From positions 274,826,553 through 274,890,552 of the forward strand of contig NC_058135.1 in assembly GCF_016433145.1 (NCBI RefSeq): DNA of 64,000 nucleotides, written 5' to 3'. The position numbers and the translations under genes were made by a program. The notes beneath the pieces are model-generated. The model had not been told where the DNA came from and ran no database searches. It saw only the letters and a program-made list of their open reading frames with translations. Each line of letters opens with the position of its first letter. Position 1 is the stretch's first letter. Origin of the DNA: Gracilinanus agilis. Its lineage: Eukaryota. Below are positions 36,706 to 50,090 of this stretch, piece by piece.

Positions 36706-37685
36706 TGTGAAAGGCTCTACTCCCAAAGTTAGAAAAATGTAGAAAAATTTGCATGAACTATTACTGAGTGGAAAAAAAACAAAAAACAAAAAACAAAAAA
36801 ACAAAACACAGCTAGTTAGTATCAGAGTTTGAAATGGAACTCAAGTCTGCTTGACTCTAGGAATGGTAGTGTAACCACTTTTCCCTTTTCAACTCTCTCC
36901 TCTTCATAAAGGATCCCCAGATTTCCTTCTATGGTCCTAAATTCTTACACATGAGATATAGTTAAGGTACTTACCACAGTTCCTTCAACAAAGTAGTTAC
37001 TATATAAATGTTATTATTACTGTAATTAATTTCCTATAGTATAACTGTTATATCTACTGGAATGTTCAGCTAGCACCACAAATTTTACATGTACCTAAAC
37101 TGACAACTTCCTCCTCTAAATACATATTTCTTATTACATTATTTTTAAATTAGTGATAAAACCTTATTTTTGCCTCTTTCTCTCAATTCCAGTCATCAAG
37201 CCATATACCTTAATATTTATATAAAAGTTGTCAAATTCACATTCTCCTCTGCCTTCTACTCCAAAAATACTTTTTTTCTTGCACATTTAGACCAAAATAA
37301 TAACTTCCCAAAATTTCTTCCTATAGTGTTTATTCTGCTTGTTCTCAATCTTTCATATCATTGTAAACTTCCTTAGGTAACAATTTAATCCTGCTAGGTT
37401 TTTTTTTTTTTGTCAACATCTATTGATTCAATAATAACTGCTGGGTAAAGTTTAAATACCTTAGAATTTAAGGCTTTCAACATTCTGGTGCTTTTCTAAC
37501 TTTCTCACCTTCTCTCAGAATACTGATGCTCTATAACTACTTAGACAAGGAATTTTAGCTCCCTGGTCTTCAATTTCCTCTTTATAAAGTGAATAAATTG
37601 CATAAAGTATCTTCTAAATTCCCTTTTAACTCTATAGCCTTGATTCTTTGAACATGCAACGTACTCCATATTCCAGGAAAATTAT

Positions 37686-37800
37686 TTGTGTTCAGTCACT
37701 GTAGTTATCTATGACTCCATATGGGATTTTCTTGGAAGAGATGTTGGAATAATTTGGAATTTCTTTCTCTAGCATATGTTACAGAGGAGGAAACTGAGGC
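37686..37800 (-). mobile_element. MAR1-type SINE fragment
   Basis: gttcagtcactgtag...gggattttcttggaagagatg...acagaggaggaaactgaggc. Confidence 0.75.
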
Positions 37801-38222
37801 AAAAAAACAGATAAATTGGAAAAAGTACTGATAAATCTAATAAAAAAAGAAAAGAAGAAAATTAAATCAAAATGCCAGCTTCTAGTCTTATTTATTAATT
37901 CAATAGTTCTTTTACTTTTGATTTTAATAATTTCTCCTTTGATTTTTAGTATTTCTAATTTAGTTTTCATCTGAGGATTTTTAATTTGTTTGCTTTCTAG
38001 TTTTTTCTTTCATTGTATGCCTAATTCATTAACCTCTACCCTCCCTAATTTGTTAATATATGCACTCAATGATGTAAATTTTCTCCTTAGAACTGATATG
38101 GCTGCATCCCATAGGTTTTGGTAAGAAGTATTCCAGCACATTGCAGCAGCAAGAATTAGAAAGAGAAACACCATTTAAAATCACCCTAGACAATAGAAAA
38201 TACTTAGGAATCTATCTACTAA
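37800..38222. mobile_element. Three scrambled L1 ORF2 pieces (+/-/+)
   Basis: About 37800-37872 plus, 37875-38123 minus (MKTKLEILKIKGEI...INKTRSW ORF), about 38129-38222 plus. Confidence 0.75.
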
Positions 38223-41034
38223 ATACAATTTTTTCATTCAAGTCTTCACTCATACTCTAGGGAAAAGTATTTTTTTCCTTCCTTGGACCTTCTAACATTT
38301 TCTCTTTCTCTCATTTCTATCTCTGTCTGTATGACTCTGCCTGTTTATGTCTAATTACTTGTCCCTGGGTCTGTTTCTGTATCTGAAACATGTATACACA
38401 AGATATATGATTTCATTATTCTACTGAGCTCTTACTAGAAGACTTATTCTACCAATACAAATTAAAATCTTTTTTGTTAAAATTTCATCTTTTAAAGAGA
38501 TATTCAGGACAGTTATGGAATAAGGTTACCCCCTCCCTGCTGAATTTACATTTTCAACAACAAAAATGAAGTTAGATTTGAACACAGGTTTTGCTAACTT
38601 GAATGCCATGTCTTTAGTAACTAAAATATGTTACTTCTTATTTTTCTTACTCTCCAATTGCATCAACTCTGTAATATTAATTTGACAATTATACTAATAT
38701 ATCCATTAACTTATAAGATCTATTAGGGCAAATATATTTTTGTTATTTTTCTATGTATTAGAGCACTCAAAATTATGTTTTAAGCAAAATAGCAATTTAA
38801 TGAATACATGGTTATCCTTATTTTTAACTGGAAAATAATGAATTAATATAATATATTGAAGAACCAAAATAATTGCAAGGAATTAGCATGAATTGTTATT
38901 TATAACTTAATTGAATGGCATGGAAGAAATTTTCAATGACTAAAGTTTTTTAACAGTGAAATATGATAATTGCTTCTGAAATACATAATGTAATTATAGA
39001 ATCACCAATTTAACAAATTTACATGGAATATTCCAACTTGACAGGTAAGGGTAATAAATCTTTCCATTTATTCTAAGGCAATTTGATTCCATTTTTATTA
39101 AATACAAGAGAATTACAGAGAAACTTGGTCTCTAAGATACCTCTTCCTCTAAGTCATGGAATCCTATTGATTATATTAAATCATTAATTTCACTGATGGC
39201 TAAGGGCTTTTATGGAGACACAACAGTAACTTTTGGTTTCTTATATATACTTTTAAAATATCTGTTAACAAACTTTATAAGCAAAGTTTGTGAGAGTTTC
39301 CAGAAAAGAATGATATAATTATTGATATCACTTCATGGTTACTAGTATATTGTTTTCAGAGAATGCAAAGATAAAATATAGTAAACTAAAAAGAACCCAT
39401 TGAAATCAGCAACTAAAGAAGAATTATTTATCCTTCAATGCTATTTGCTATTATTACAAAAATTTGAAATATATTATTTTCAAATTTAAAGTTATATTTT
39501 TGTTAATTATCTTTTCATATCTATCTATCTACATATATATGTACATATATATACATATTATGGACATTTTTTCAGTCAAATATATCAAAACTGCAGATCT
39601 TTCTTCATTTGGAACCATGTTGATGTTATCTTTACTTTTCATTGAAGTGTTTACATTTTAAAAGGCAATCAGTGGTCCAAATTTGCATAGATTACATCAT
39701 TGTCTAAAAATGACATCTGCAAATGGGCTAAAAATTGGTTACAATGCTCATAGTAACCTTTAAATTCCATAGATGCTAACTTATTGAAGCAGAACTCTTT
39801 AAAAATGTAGAATGTGTTGTTCTCAATAGTATGATAACACTTCGTTAAATCTCAGAAGTGACAAATAAAATATATTGAGATCCACAAATTATTTAAGAAA
39901 ATTAAATGAGTCAGAAGGAAAATAAATAATGTTAGATTTTCTGGAAAGAGAAATTTATCTACCTAAAATTTCATTCAGAATGGATTATATCACTGTTTTT
40001 CTTAAGCCAGTTGTATGGAATCCAGATGGGCAAAAGATGCAGAGATGTTGGCTATTGTGACTGAATTCACTTCCCCATGGGACAGTTTTCACTCATTTTA
40101 TGGATGGTCATACTATCACTTGTTCTTTGTTTAAGACTTCCTAATAACCAACATTTCCCAAAGAGGCTAATTATACTTTTTCTGGAGAAATGCCAATATC
40201 TTCAGTCCACATTATGCTAATATGTTTTATTCTCTTTCCTTGTAAATGAAAATCCACTACCAGGTGCTACCCACAAACTAGAAAGAATGCCATAGTGGAA
40301 TGCCCTTAAAGGTAACTGTTTGCTTACTACAGTGACTCTACCATTAGTACATTATACCAGCTGTCACTGAAAAAATATCATTAAAATATTGAGTTTGCAG
40401 TTATTCCTGCCTATTTTTTCTGCTCTGTTATTAGTTACATATATATATTTTTTTTTGGGGGGGGGAGTTATTTTGGACTTTTGAGCTTTAACCTACTAGT
40501 AAGCCAGCACGGATTTGCAAAAATTTCTTGTTTACCAGAGCTTATTCTTATCTTTACATAGAGCTATTTACAATACTAGACTAAGTAACTTAAAAAGAAA
40601 TAAAACTTATTGAACTACTAAGTTTTTAGACTGGGGGGGAGGGGAAGGGAGGAGAGGAGGACTCTGCAAGTGAAATTGCCTAGGACTTATAAAATGACTA
40701 AGAAGGGGAAGCTATTTTCTCTTTCAAATCTAAATGGGTTTTTATGTAGAACCTAGAATTTCTAACTGACTTGATTTCTGGAAATGGAAATCCACACATT
40801 TTTATTATGGGAAGCTTCTTTAGATGCAATTCTTATTCTAAAGTTTCAAGTCCTGCTGTAAGGATCATGGTTTTTGTTTCTGTTGTTTTTTCCCAAGGGT
40901 TTTCACTGTGATTTTACTGTGTTGCAGGTTACATGATAAAAAATATAAAAAATTTAATGAGCTGAAGTTCTTGATTCTTTTTACAAGTGACAAACTTGGA
41001 ACTTGATTGACTGACTTAAAACATTCGCAAAATT

Positions 41035-41250
41035 GGGGGGCAGCTGGGTAGCTCAGTGGATTGAGAGCCAGGCCTAGAGATGGGAGGTCCTAGGTTCAAA
41101 TCTGGCCTCAGACACTTCCTAGCTGTGTGACCCTGGGCAAGTCACTTGACCCCCATTGCCTACCCTTACCACTCTTCTGCCTTGGAGCCAATACACAGTA
41201 TTGACTCCAAGACGGAAGGTAAGGGTTTTAAAAAAAAAAAAAAAAAAAAA
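41035..41250 (+). mobile_element. SINE1-type SINE, long-tail variant, very young
   Basis: Pure A tail of about 25 nt; perfect 17-bp TSD AAAACATTCGCAAAATT (41018-41034 / 41251-41267). Confidence 0.98.
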
Positions 41251-41759
41251 AAAACATTCGCAAAATTAAACTGAAATGATGATATGGGCATTTGTTTACA
41301 GACTTTGAATTAATATAAAGTGTATTTGGTTTGTGAAACCCTGTACTATGGAAAAGATAATAAACTGGAGACAGTATTTTGAAAAAATAATTCATATTTG
41401 TATTTGCTGTCAACCACTGTAAAAAAGGCAGTTTTTAAAGCTAAAACTCCTTCTTAAAAAACCATCACCCCTTACTTTGACCTAGCTTTAGAGTAGACTC
41501 ATTATATTTTATAATAGGATCCTCTTTATTTTTATATCAATATTCATCTCTTTCTGTCCTATTTTCTTTTCCCTTTTCACAAAATTCTAAATGTTTTTTT
41601 TTTCATTCACTGAATTGCTTTTAGGAAATTCCCAGATAAATCTTGCCCTTCTCCTCCTTTCTTTTTTCTCTTCTTTCTCCTCCTCTGCCTCATCCCAAAA
41701 AATAATGAAAGATGAAAATAGTATATACAATAAATATGAAAATTAAATTTAAAAACACT

Positions 41760-42065
41760 CCACCAGAAAAAAATGGAAACTGAATGTTATAATATTACAA
41801 AGAAAAAGCTTGGCTCCAAAGAAACTATATGTGAAAACATATTCCCCTTCTTCCTTTATGGCATTCGGAATGCATGGATGGTAAATGTTCTACGTAGCAT
41901 GATTTTTTTTCTCATTGGTTATGATATTTTTCTTTTTCCTCTTTTATTTCTTTTTTCTCCCATTTCTTAAAATAAAAAATGTCTTTCAAGGAGAAAGGAA
42001 GGGAAAGGATGAGGGGTGGTATCTAGGTGAAGAAAAATACAACATTTTCAATAAAATTCATTAAA
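41760..42065 (+). mobile_element. Old L1 3'UTR remnant
   Basis: ccagaaaaaaatggaaactgaatg...A-rich end; by eye. Confidence 0.55.
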
Positions 42066-42689
42066 AGACAAAAAATTGAAAAATAGAACTTGACAGCTCA
42101 TGAAGCCACAATTCTACATTTCTTCTCCCTTATGTATCCTTTCAGCACATGTTCACTGTTGTACTTGACTTACTTCTTCCCATGTCATTAATTCTGCCCT
42201 GCACCTATTTTCCCACTTCTTTCAATTTTCCTAGTAGTTACGTTAAATATCCTATAATTTTGCTCTTTTAATTTTGATACCACTTTATGATTTAACAACA
42301 AAAAAGATGCATTTTTATCAGCTGTCTCCAGAGGAATCTCTTGGTATGCAGGGAGTAATCACAATTCTCTGTTCAGTTCAAACATGAGACTTGTTGCTAC
42401 TTAGAAAAATGAAAAGACAATCTTATTTAATTCAGTTCTCTGTATCTGAGAAGTTTGAATGTTTTCTCTCTACCTAAGATTACAGAATGCAGAGATGTAA
42501 CATTTTTTGGGGGGTAGGGAATGACAGTTGTCAGTAGAAATAGATAAAAAGGTACATTCAGAAGAGGAATTAGTGTGTACTCATAATTTTTAAACAGATT
42601 TTGTTTTCTAAAGTTGATATTGTAGATTATTAAAATGAAACAGCCTGATGTTTAGAAATATTTTCTCAATATTATATATATTGTATTGC

Positions 42690-42852
42690 TTCCAATTACT
42701 GTGTATTGGTCTCAAGGTAGAAGAGTGGTAAGGGCTAGGCAATGTGGGTCAAGTGACTTGCCCAGGGTCACACAACTGGGAAGTGTCTGAGGCCAGATCT
42801 GAATCCAGAACCTCCCATTTCTAGGCCTGGCTCTCAATCCACTGAGCTACCC
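42690..42852 (-). mobile_element. SINE1-type SINE
   Basis: Reverse complement of the SINE1 body, slightly 5' truncated. Confidence 0.93.
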
Positions 42853-43499
42853 ATATAAAATATAAAATGGGGAATTTGAAGGAAAAAAAATCTGGTTTAT
42901 TCAAATGCATTTAAAATGAGAAAATGGAATTCCAAACACTTAACCCATTCCGCATCATGACAGAATGATATGAATATGGTGTTTTGTGAATGACCTTTTA
43001 AATAAAGATAATTAAATAAAAGAAAAAATTAAGTAAAAATAAAGTAATTTTCAGTAACTTAAGTTAGGATGGTATTGGTGGTAATGACTCATCCAAATTC
43101 ACATCTTTCATATCTTAATCCCTTGGGCTAAAATGCATATAACTTCTATTGTCATATCTTAACTCATTATACCCTCTCCAAGGTTACTCAATATATTTAT
43201 TGCTAAAAATAATGTCCTTTTCCCAGTCCTTATTCTTATCCTAACTTGTTCCTATCTTCACAATGGAAATTTGCACTCAGTATTTGAGAAGCTAAATTCA
43301 TATAGATAACTTTTTTTTTTCCCTTATCTTATATGGAAGGGTCCTTCACATTCTTTCCTGGCCATCTCAGCACTGAGGACACTTCTCTTCATTAAATATT
43401 TTCTTATCCTTTTAGAAGTGTTAACTTCTAGAGTTATCAAACCATCATGTTTGGTTGAATGTGAATCAGCTCTTATCATTTTTCCTGGGACATAGTCTA

Positions 43500-43970
43500 C
43501 ATGTCAAATTAACAATCATTTATTACACACCTACTTTGTATAAAGTATTGTGCTAAGCAGTAGGGATACAGAGAATAGAAAAGAATAGATCTTGCATTCA
43601 TAGTGCTTATAATCTAAAGAGTTTGGGACAAACAACAAACAACAATATAAATAACGAATATATGAATGACAATTGAGATGTATTTTCAGAGGGAAGGATC
43701 TAAGATAAAGGAGGAATAAAAAAACATTCTTTTTACAGAAAGTGATCTTTGACTAAGATTTGAGAAAGAGGAGATGAAGACGAACATTTTCAGCATTGTA
43801 GAGAGTCATGACTTATATCCAGAATCTAAAAACGAAATGCCACAAACAAGGTATATTAAGGAAGCCAAAATCACTATCTGGAAAAGCATGTGAAGTGAAT
43901 AAGAAGATTTGCAAAAGTGGGAAGGAGAAAAATTCAGAAGACTTTAAAGGTCAAAGGGAAATTTTTGCAT
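43500..43970 (-). mobile_element. L2 3' fragment
   Basis: caatcatttattacacacctactttgtataaagtattgtgctaagcagtagggataca is an antisense L2 terminus. Confidence 0.75.
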
Positions 43971-43989
43971 TTTGTATCATAAATGCTTA

Positions 43990-44185
43990 ATACATTTTCT
44001 CTTTCTTTTCTCTGTCTCCTTCTTCCCCTTCCCCTCTTCTTCCTCTTTTCTCTCCCTTTCTCTTCCCTTCTCCTCCTCCTCTTCTTTTTCCTTTTCTTCT
44101 TTGTCTTGTTCTCCCTTTGCATCTCCCTTCCTCCCTCCCTATTTCCATTTCTCTTTCTCTCTCTGTCTCAGTCTCTCTCTCATTA
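43990..44185. repeat. CT-rich low-complexity polypyrimidine tract
   Basis: Almost pure C/T for about 190 nt. Confidence 0.9.
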
Positions 44186-44199
44186 GTTAATGTTGATAG

Positions 44200-44950
44200 C
44201 TAGCTCCTTTTGAATAGCTTCTTCTCTTTTCTTTCATGATATTTATCTGGTTTTGTTCTCCTCCTACAGGACTGACTTTTCTTCCTTGGTCTCTTTAATA
44301 GTATTATACATCTATGTTAGTGTATCACAGGCCTCTGTAAAGGGACAACTTTTCTCTGTATCCTCATTCTTGGTTGATATCCTCAACAACCTTGGTTTTG
44401 ACTATTATTCCAAGAAAATCTCAGATCTATATATTTATCCCTCTTCTTTCCTCTGAATTAAAAACTTACATCATCTAGACATATCCCCAAGTATTTTTTA
44501 CCATTTGCATATCAAATTGAACACTTCAAAAATGAAATTTATAATATCCCTACTTTCAACGTCCTTTGAATTCTACCATCATATGATTTTTATTATCTTC
44601 TTTTGTTCTCTTCCCTAATGTCTTTCTAGTCATTTTAAAACCATAGTATTTGAAGCCCTCATAACATCTCACCTGAATTCTTGAAGTCTTTGCCTAATTG
44701 CTCTACTTGCAAAGGAATTTTCTAACATTCTGAAAGACTGTCATTTAAAAAAATATATGACTTTGTTATACCATTGCTCAAGGAGTTTTAAGAGCACCCT
44801 ATTGCCTCTGAGAAAGTCATACTCACTCAACTGATTGGTTTCTATTCATTTTTACAACTTCATTGGAACATACTTTTCCAGATTGGTTATGACATATTTG
44901 CATTTCAGGAAAATTGCCTACTTGCTTGTCCCTAGATGTATGACATTTCA
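44200..44950 (+). mobile_element. L2 fragment
   Basis: Degenerate L2-like sequence (catatcaaattgaacacttcaaaaatgaa; ccattgctcaaggagtttaagagcaccctattgcc). Confidence 0.6.
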
Positions 44951-45721
44951 CATCTCCTACTAGAATGGGGTGTGAAAGATCATGGCAAATTCATTAAAAT
45001 TTTATTAAATTTTATATGCACTTGACATATGTGTAAAGCAAATTCAAAACATTATATAGTCATTTAAAATTATTTCATGACAAAATATTTGTGTTTATTG
45101 ATAATTTCTAAATTCATAATAAAAAGGGTGCAGCCAAGATGGCAGGGAAGAAGCATGAAAAGCTTAAATAGCTTTAAGAATCCTCTCCAACCAACCTTAA
45201 CATAATGCTTAAAAATGAATACTGGAGTGACAGAAGTAACAAGGAGATGCAGTAAAACAACTTTCCTGCAAAAATACCTTGGATGGTAGGCAAGAGATAG
45301 TCTATTCAACTTGAGTGAAAGGCAAGCATATTTGGCAACAAATTCACACAGTCCACAACAAGGCCCCACTAGCATCAGCAAGTTCATAATGAGAAATACC
45401 ACTGCACTGCAAGCCATTAACATGTCCCCCATCCTATGCATAATTCCATAGATTATGAACCTGGGCCCAAGTGAACTTTAAGACCCCAAGTTCATGTCTA
45501 AGTGAACAGCAGAGCACCCTATATCCACTCCTTAAAGTTTAAGCCCTACTACCAGTCTGCAGTGACAGCCCAAGCACTACTGTAGGGCATTCCAAAGAGA
45601 ACATGGCTGGTGTAAGCCCTCATTGTGACATAGCTTCCCTGCCTAAGCTTAAGGTTAAACCTTGAGCCCCAGCACAAGTTAGTACCTAGACCTTAGAGAA
45701 GACTGAATCAGCAGTGGGAAG

Positions 45722-46725
45722 TGTAAGGATTAAAAATTAAAGAGTTGGACTACATATATCAAAATGTGATTGCCAAAATTATTGCTCAAGTCAGAATAAC
45801 TTTATACCAATTTATTTATAAAATAGAGGGGAAGAGTAAAAGTAGAGAAGTGAGAAAGAGAGCAGAGTAAGAAATCTAGTCGGAGGGCCTAGGGGTAAAT
45901 TAAACAATGTCTCCAGCCACTCAGCCTCCTCCTCCAAGATGGTGGAGGGGGCCTCTCTGGGTTCTAGTCCTTAAGGAGCCAGGAAAGGAGTCAGCCTTTT
46001 TCACTCATCCATGTGGTAGTCTTAAAGGAAGATTGTTGTTTTTAAAAATGATGAGGGCCGAGATTAAAAGGGAGAATAGTATTTTAATAAAAGCCATTGC
46101 TGATAGAATAAATCATTAGATCCTGCACCTGTAAGTATTAAAACTGCCACCTCAGCCATTTTACCTTTTGTATCTTCCCGTGACCAGGTAGCTAAAGAAG
46201 AAGTCCAAAACCACTTCCCAATATTTAAAGCCCTCCCTTACCTTGAAGACATCATCTAAAACAGGAAACCCGTTGGACCACGGGAAATGTAGTTTCCAAG
46301 GTCCCCCACAGGTCCACAGAAGTTTGTCAAACACTATATTGATACATATATTGAGGCTCAATCCTTCCAAATAGAACCTCAGGTAATTTTAACTAACACA
46401 AGATCAAAGAGCAATCCAAGGTCCCAAGGCAGAGCTCCTCCAGGGCCAAGTTTTAAGGCCAAAGAGATTGTCACTGAAAGTTCTTGCCACTTTTAAAGAT
46501 CCTTCCTTTCTTCAATTCCTGTGCCTTCCTTCCACTCTATGTGGACCAATTGCAGCTACAGCTTTGCTTAAGGCTACCTAGGAGTCAGTCAGTCAATTCT
46601 GATTCGTCACCCACTATCATACATGTGAGTCACAGACCTCCCCATACTGAAAGATAAGTGGAGTATATACACTTCTGGTGATTAAATCTAAAAATGGACA
46701 GGGGAGAGTTAATCACATTTTCACA
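45722..46725 (-). mobile_element. Solo LTR (ERV1-like), 1004 bp
   Basis: TGT...ACA ends, 4-bp TSD GAAG (45718-45721 / 46726-46729), AATAAA on the minus strand near the left end. Confidence 0.88.
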
Positions 46726-46904
46726 GAAGTCATTATCAGAGAATGCAGACCACAGCCCACCTTGTAAGAATTGAAATTTTCAGAACTCCAGAACTGGAAC
46801 TGAGGATAGGAATAAGGAAAAACTGAATATTAATAATATGTCCCCTATATTCAATAATATGCCTCTGAAAACAGAGCCCATATTTAAGATAAAGGTGAAA
46901 GTTT

Positions 46905-48826
46905 TCAAAGAACTCCCTAAGAAAAAATCGCCAGGGCCTGATGAATTCACAAGTGAATTCTGTCAGACATTCAAAGAGCAACTAATCCCAATACTATACA
47001 AATTATTTGATAATATAAGCAAAGAAGGAGTCCTACCAAATTCCTTTTATGACACAAATATGGTACTGATTCCAAAGCCAGGGAGATCAAAAACAGAGAA
47101 AGAAAACTACAGACCAATCTCCCTAATGAAAATAGATGCAAAAATCTTAAATAGAATACTAGCAAAGAGACTCCAGCAAGTAATTAAGAAGATCATCCAC
47201 CATGATCAGGTGGGATTTATACCAGGAATGCAAGGTTGGTTCAACATTAGGAAAACCATCCANNNNNNNNNNNNNNNNNNNNNNNNNNNNNNNNNNNNNN
47301 NNNNNNNNNNNNNNNNNNNNNNNNNNNNNNNNNNNNNNNNNNNNNNNNNNNNNNNNNNNNNNNNNNNNNNNNNNNNNNNNNNNNNNNNNNNNNNNNNNNN
47401 NNNNNNNNNNNNNNNNNNNNNNNNNNNNNNNNNNNNNNNNNNNNNNNNNNNNNNNNNNNNNNNNNNNNNNNNNNNNNNNNNNNNNNNNNNNNNNNNNNNN
47501 NNNNNNNNNNNNNNNNNNNNNNNNNNNNNNNNNNNNNNNNNNNNNNNNNNNNNNNNNNNNNNNNNNNNNNNNNNNNNNNNNNNNNNNNNNNNNNNNNNNN
47601 NNNNNNNNNNNNNNNNNNNNNNNNNNNNNNNNNNNNNNNNNNNNNNNNNNNNNNNNNNNNNNATGTAAATTAAATGGTTTTGATTATATTAAACTAAAAA
47701 GCTTTTGTAAAAACAAAAACAATGTAGTCAAAATCAGAAGGGAAACAACAAATTGGGAAAAAATCTTTATAACGAAAAACTCTGACAGGGGTCTAATCAC
47801 TCAAATATACAAGGAGTTAAAGCAATTGTATAAAAAATCAAGCCATTCCCCAATTGATAAATGGGCAAGAGACATGAATAGGCAATTTTCAGGTAAAGAA
47901 ATCAAAAGTATCAATAAGCACATGAGAAAGTGTTCTAAATCTCTAATAATTAGAAAAATGCAAATCAAAACAACTCTGAGGTATCACCTCACACCTAGCA
48001 GATTGGCTAAAATGAAAGAAGGGGAGAGTAATGAATGTTGGAGGGGATGTGGCAAAATTGGGACATTAATGCATTGCTAGTGGAGTTGTGAACTGATTCA
48101 GCCATTCTGGCTGGCAATTTGGAATCATGCTCAAGGGGCTATAAAAGAATGCCTGCCCTTTGATCCAGCCATACCATTGCTGGGTTTGTACCCCAAAGAG
48201 ATCATAGATAAACAGACTTGTATGAAAATATTTATAGCTGCGCTTTTTGTGGTGGCAACAAACTGGAAAAGGAGGGTATGTCCTTCAATTAGGGAATGGC
48301 TGAACAAACTGTGGTATATGCGGGTGATGGAATAGTATTGTGCTAAAAGAAATAACAAACTGGAGAAGTTCCAGGCGAACTGGAGAGACCTCCGGGAACA
48401 GATGCAGAGCGAAAGGAGCAGAGCCAGAAGAACATTGTACACAGAGACTGATATACTGTGGTAAAATCGAATGTAATGGACTTCTGTACCAGCAACAATG
48501 CAATGACACAGGACAGCTCTGAGGGATTTATGGTAAAGAAAACTACCCACATTCAGAGGAAGGACTGCAGAAGAGGAAACACATAAGAAAAGCAACTACT
48601 TGAACTTATGGGTAGGGGTGGACATGATTGGGGATGTGGACTCGAAATTACCACACCAATGCAACCACCAACAATTTGGAAATAGGTCTTGATCAAGGAC
48701 ACATAACAAAACCAGTGGAAATGTGCATTGGCCATGGGTGGGGGGAGTGCGGGGGGTGAAGGGGAAAGTAGGAGCATGAATCATGTAACCATGTTAAAAA
48801 TGATTATTAATAAATGTTTAAAAAAA
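46905..48826 (+). mobile_element. 5'-truncated young L1 (L1-1_MD-like) with internal gap
   Basis: [18 protein letters not shown]...ENYRPISLM...[17 protein letters not shown] (RT N-terminal part), then ORF2 C-terminus and 3'UTR. Confidence 0.97.
47263..47662. other. Assembly gap (400 N)
   Basis: Run of N. Confidence 1.
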
Positions 48827-50090
48827 TAAGGCTAGGAAAATTATCAAACAGAAAAATAAATAAAATCTAAAAATAGCAAATTATTATGGAAATAAAGCAT
48901 AATAAGGCACTCAGAAGGGATCAGTGAAATCAAAATAGCTACAAGTAAAACTTCAAAGAAAAATGAATGTTGGTCTCAGGCTCTGAAAGAAGTATAAAAG
49001 GAATTTTAAAAAATCAAATGAGAGAGGCAGAAATAAAAAGGATGAGAGAAATGAAAGCAATGAAAGAAAAAAATAACAGCCCAATGGAAAAAGAAGAGAA
49101 AAAATCCAAGGAAGAAAAGAGTTCTTTAAAAAATTAGAATTGGACAAATTGAAAAGGATATTCAGAAGCTCATGGAAAAACATATTTCTTTAAAAATTAG
49201 AACTGGACAAATAGAAGCTAATGACTTCATGAAACATCAAAGAATAATAAAATAAAGTGAAATGAATGGAAAAATATGAGAAAATATGAAATATTTCTTT
49301 GAAAAACTAACATGGGAAACAGATCCAGGAGAAACAATCTAAGAATTATTGAACTACTCAGACGTCATGACTAAAATAAATAAATTAAATAAAACAAACC
49401 CTAGACATCATATTAGAAGAAATTTTTCAAGGAAAACTACCCTGATATTTTTGAACAAGAGAGTAAAATAGAAATTAAAAGAATCCACCAATCATCTCAT
49501 GAAAATAATCTCCAAATAACAACTTTGAGGAATATTATAGCCAATTTCAAGAGTTCCTAGGCCAGGGAGAAAATACTACCCAGAAACAATTCAAATATCA
49601 TTGTTCCACCATAAGGATTACCCAGGATTTAGCAGCTTCTAATTAAAGGATTGGAAGGCCTGGGAAATGATATTATGACAATAAAAAAAAAAACAAAAAA
49701 AAAAAAACAAAAAAAAAAAAAAACCTTGGTTTATAATTAAGAATCACTTACCCAGAAAAACTGCATCTATTATTTTAGTGGAGAAAATGTCCCTTAATAA
49801 AATAAAAGATTTCTAAGAATTCCTAATGAAAAGACCGGACATAAACTGAAAATTTTATGTTCAAGTGCAAGATTCAAGACAAGCATAAAAAGGTTAACAA
49901 AAAAGAGAATACTTAATGGATTCGGTAAGGTCAAAATGCACATATTCCAACATGATGGAAAAATGAAATTCTGAGAGATACTTCTGGGCAAAGATCTGGC
50001 TTTATTGTGATAGGTAAATCACAGAAGTATGTCAGTTTTCCCCAGTTTCAAAACCCAAGTCCCCTATCATTAACATTTACAAATATTTAT

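Noticed and set aside
43934-44190. Lys/Arg/Glu-rich and Phe/Ser-rich ORFs
   Set aside because: Translation of a CT-rich low-complexity tract.
44461-44475. AAACTTACATCAT resembling the distal donor of OR-A/B, as a first exon for OR-C
   Set aside because: It lies within an L2 fragment and lacks the linked O/E block; the homologous block is at 34.7-35.1 kb.
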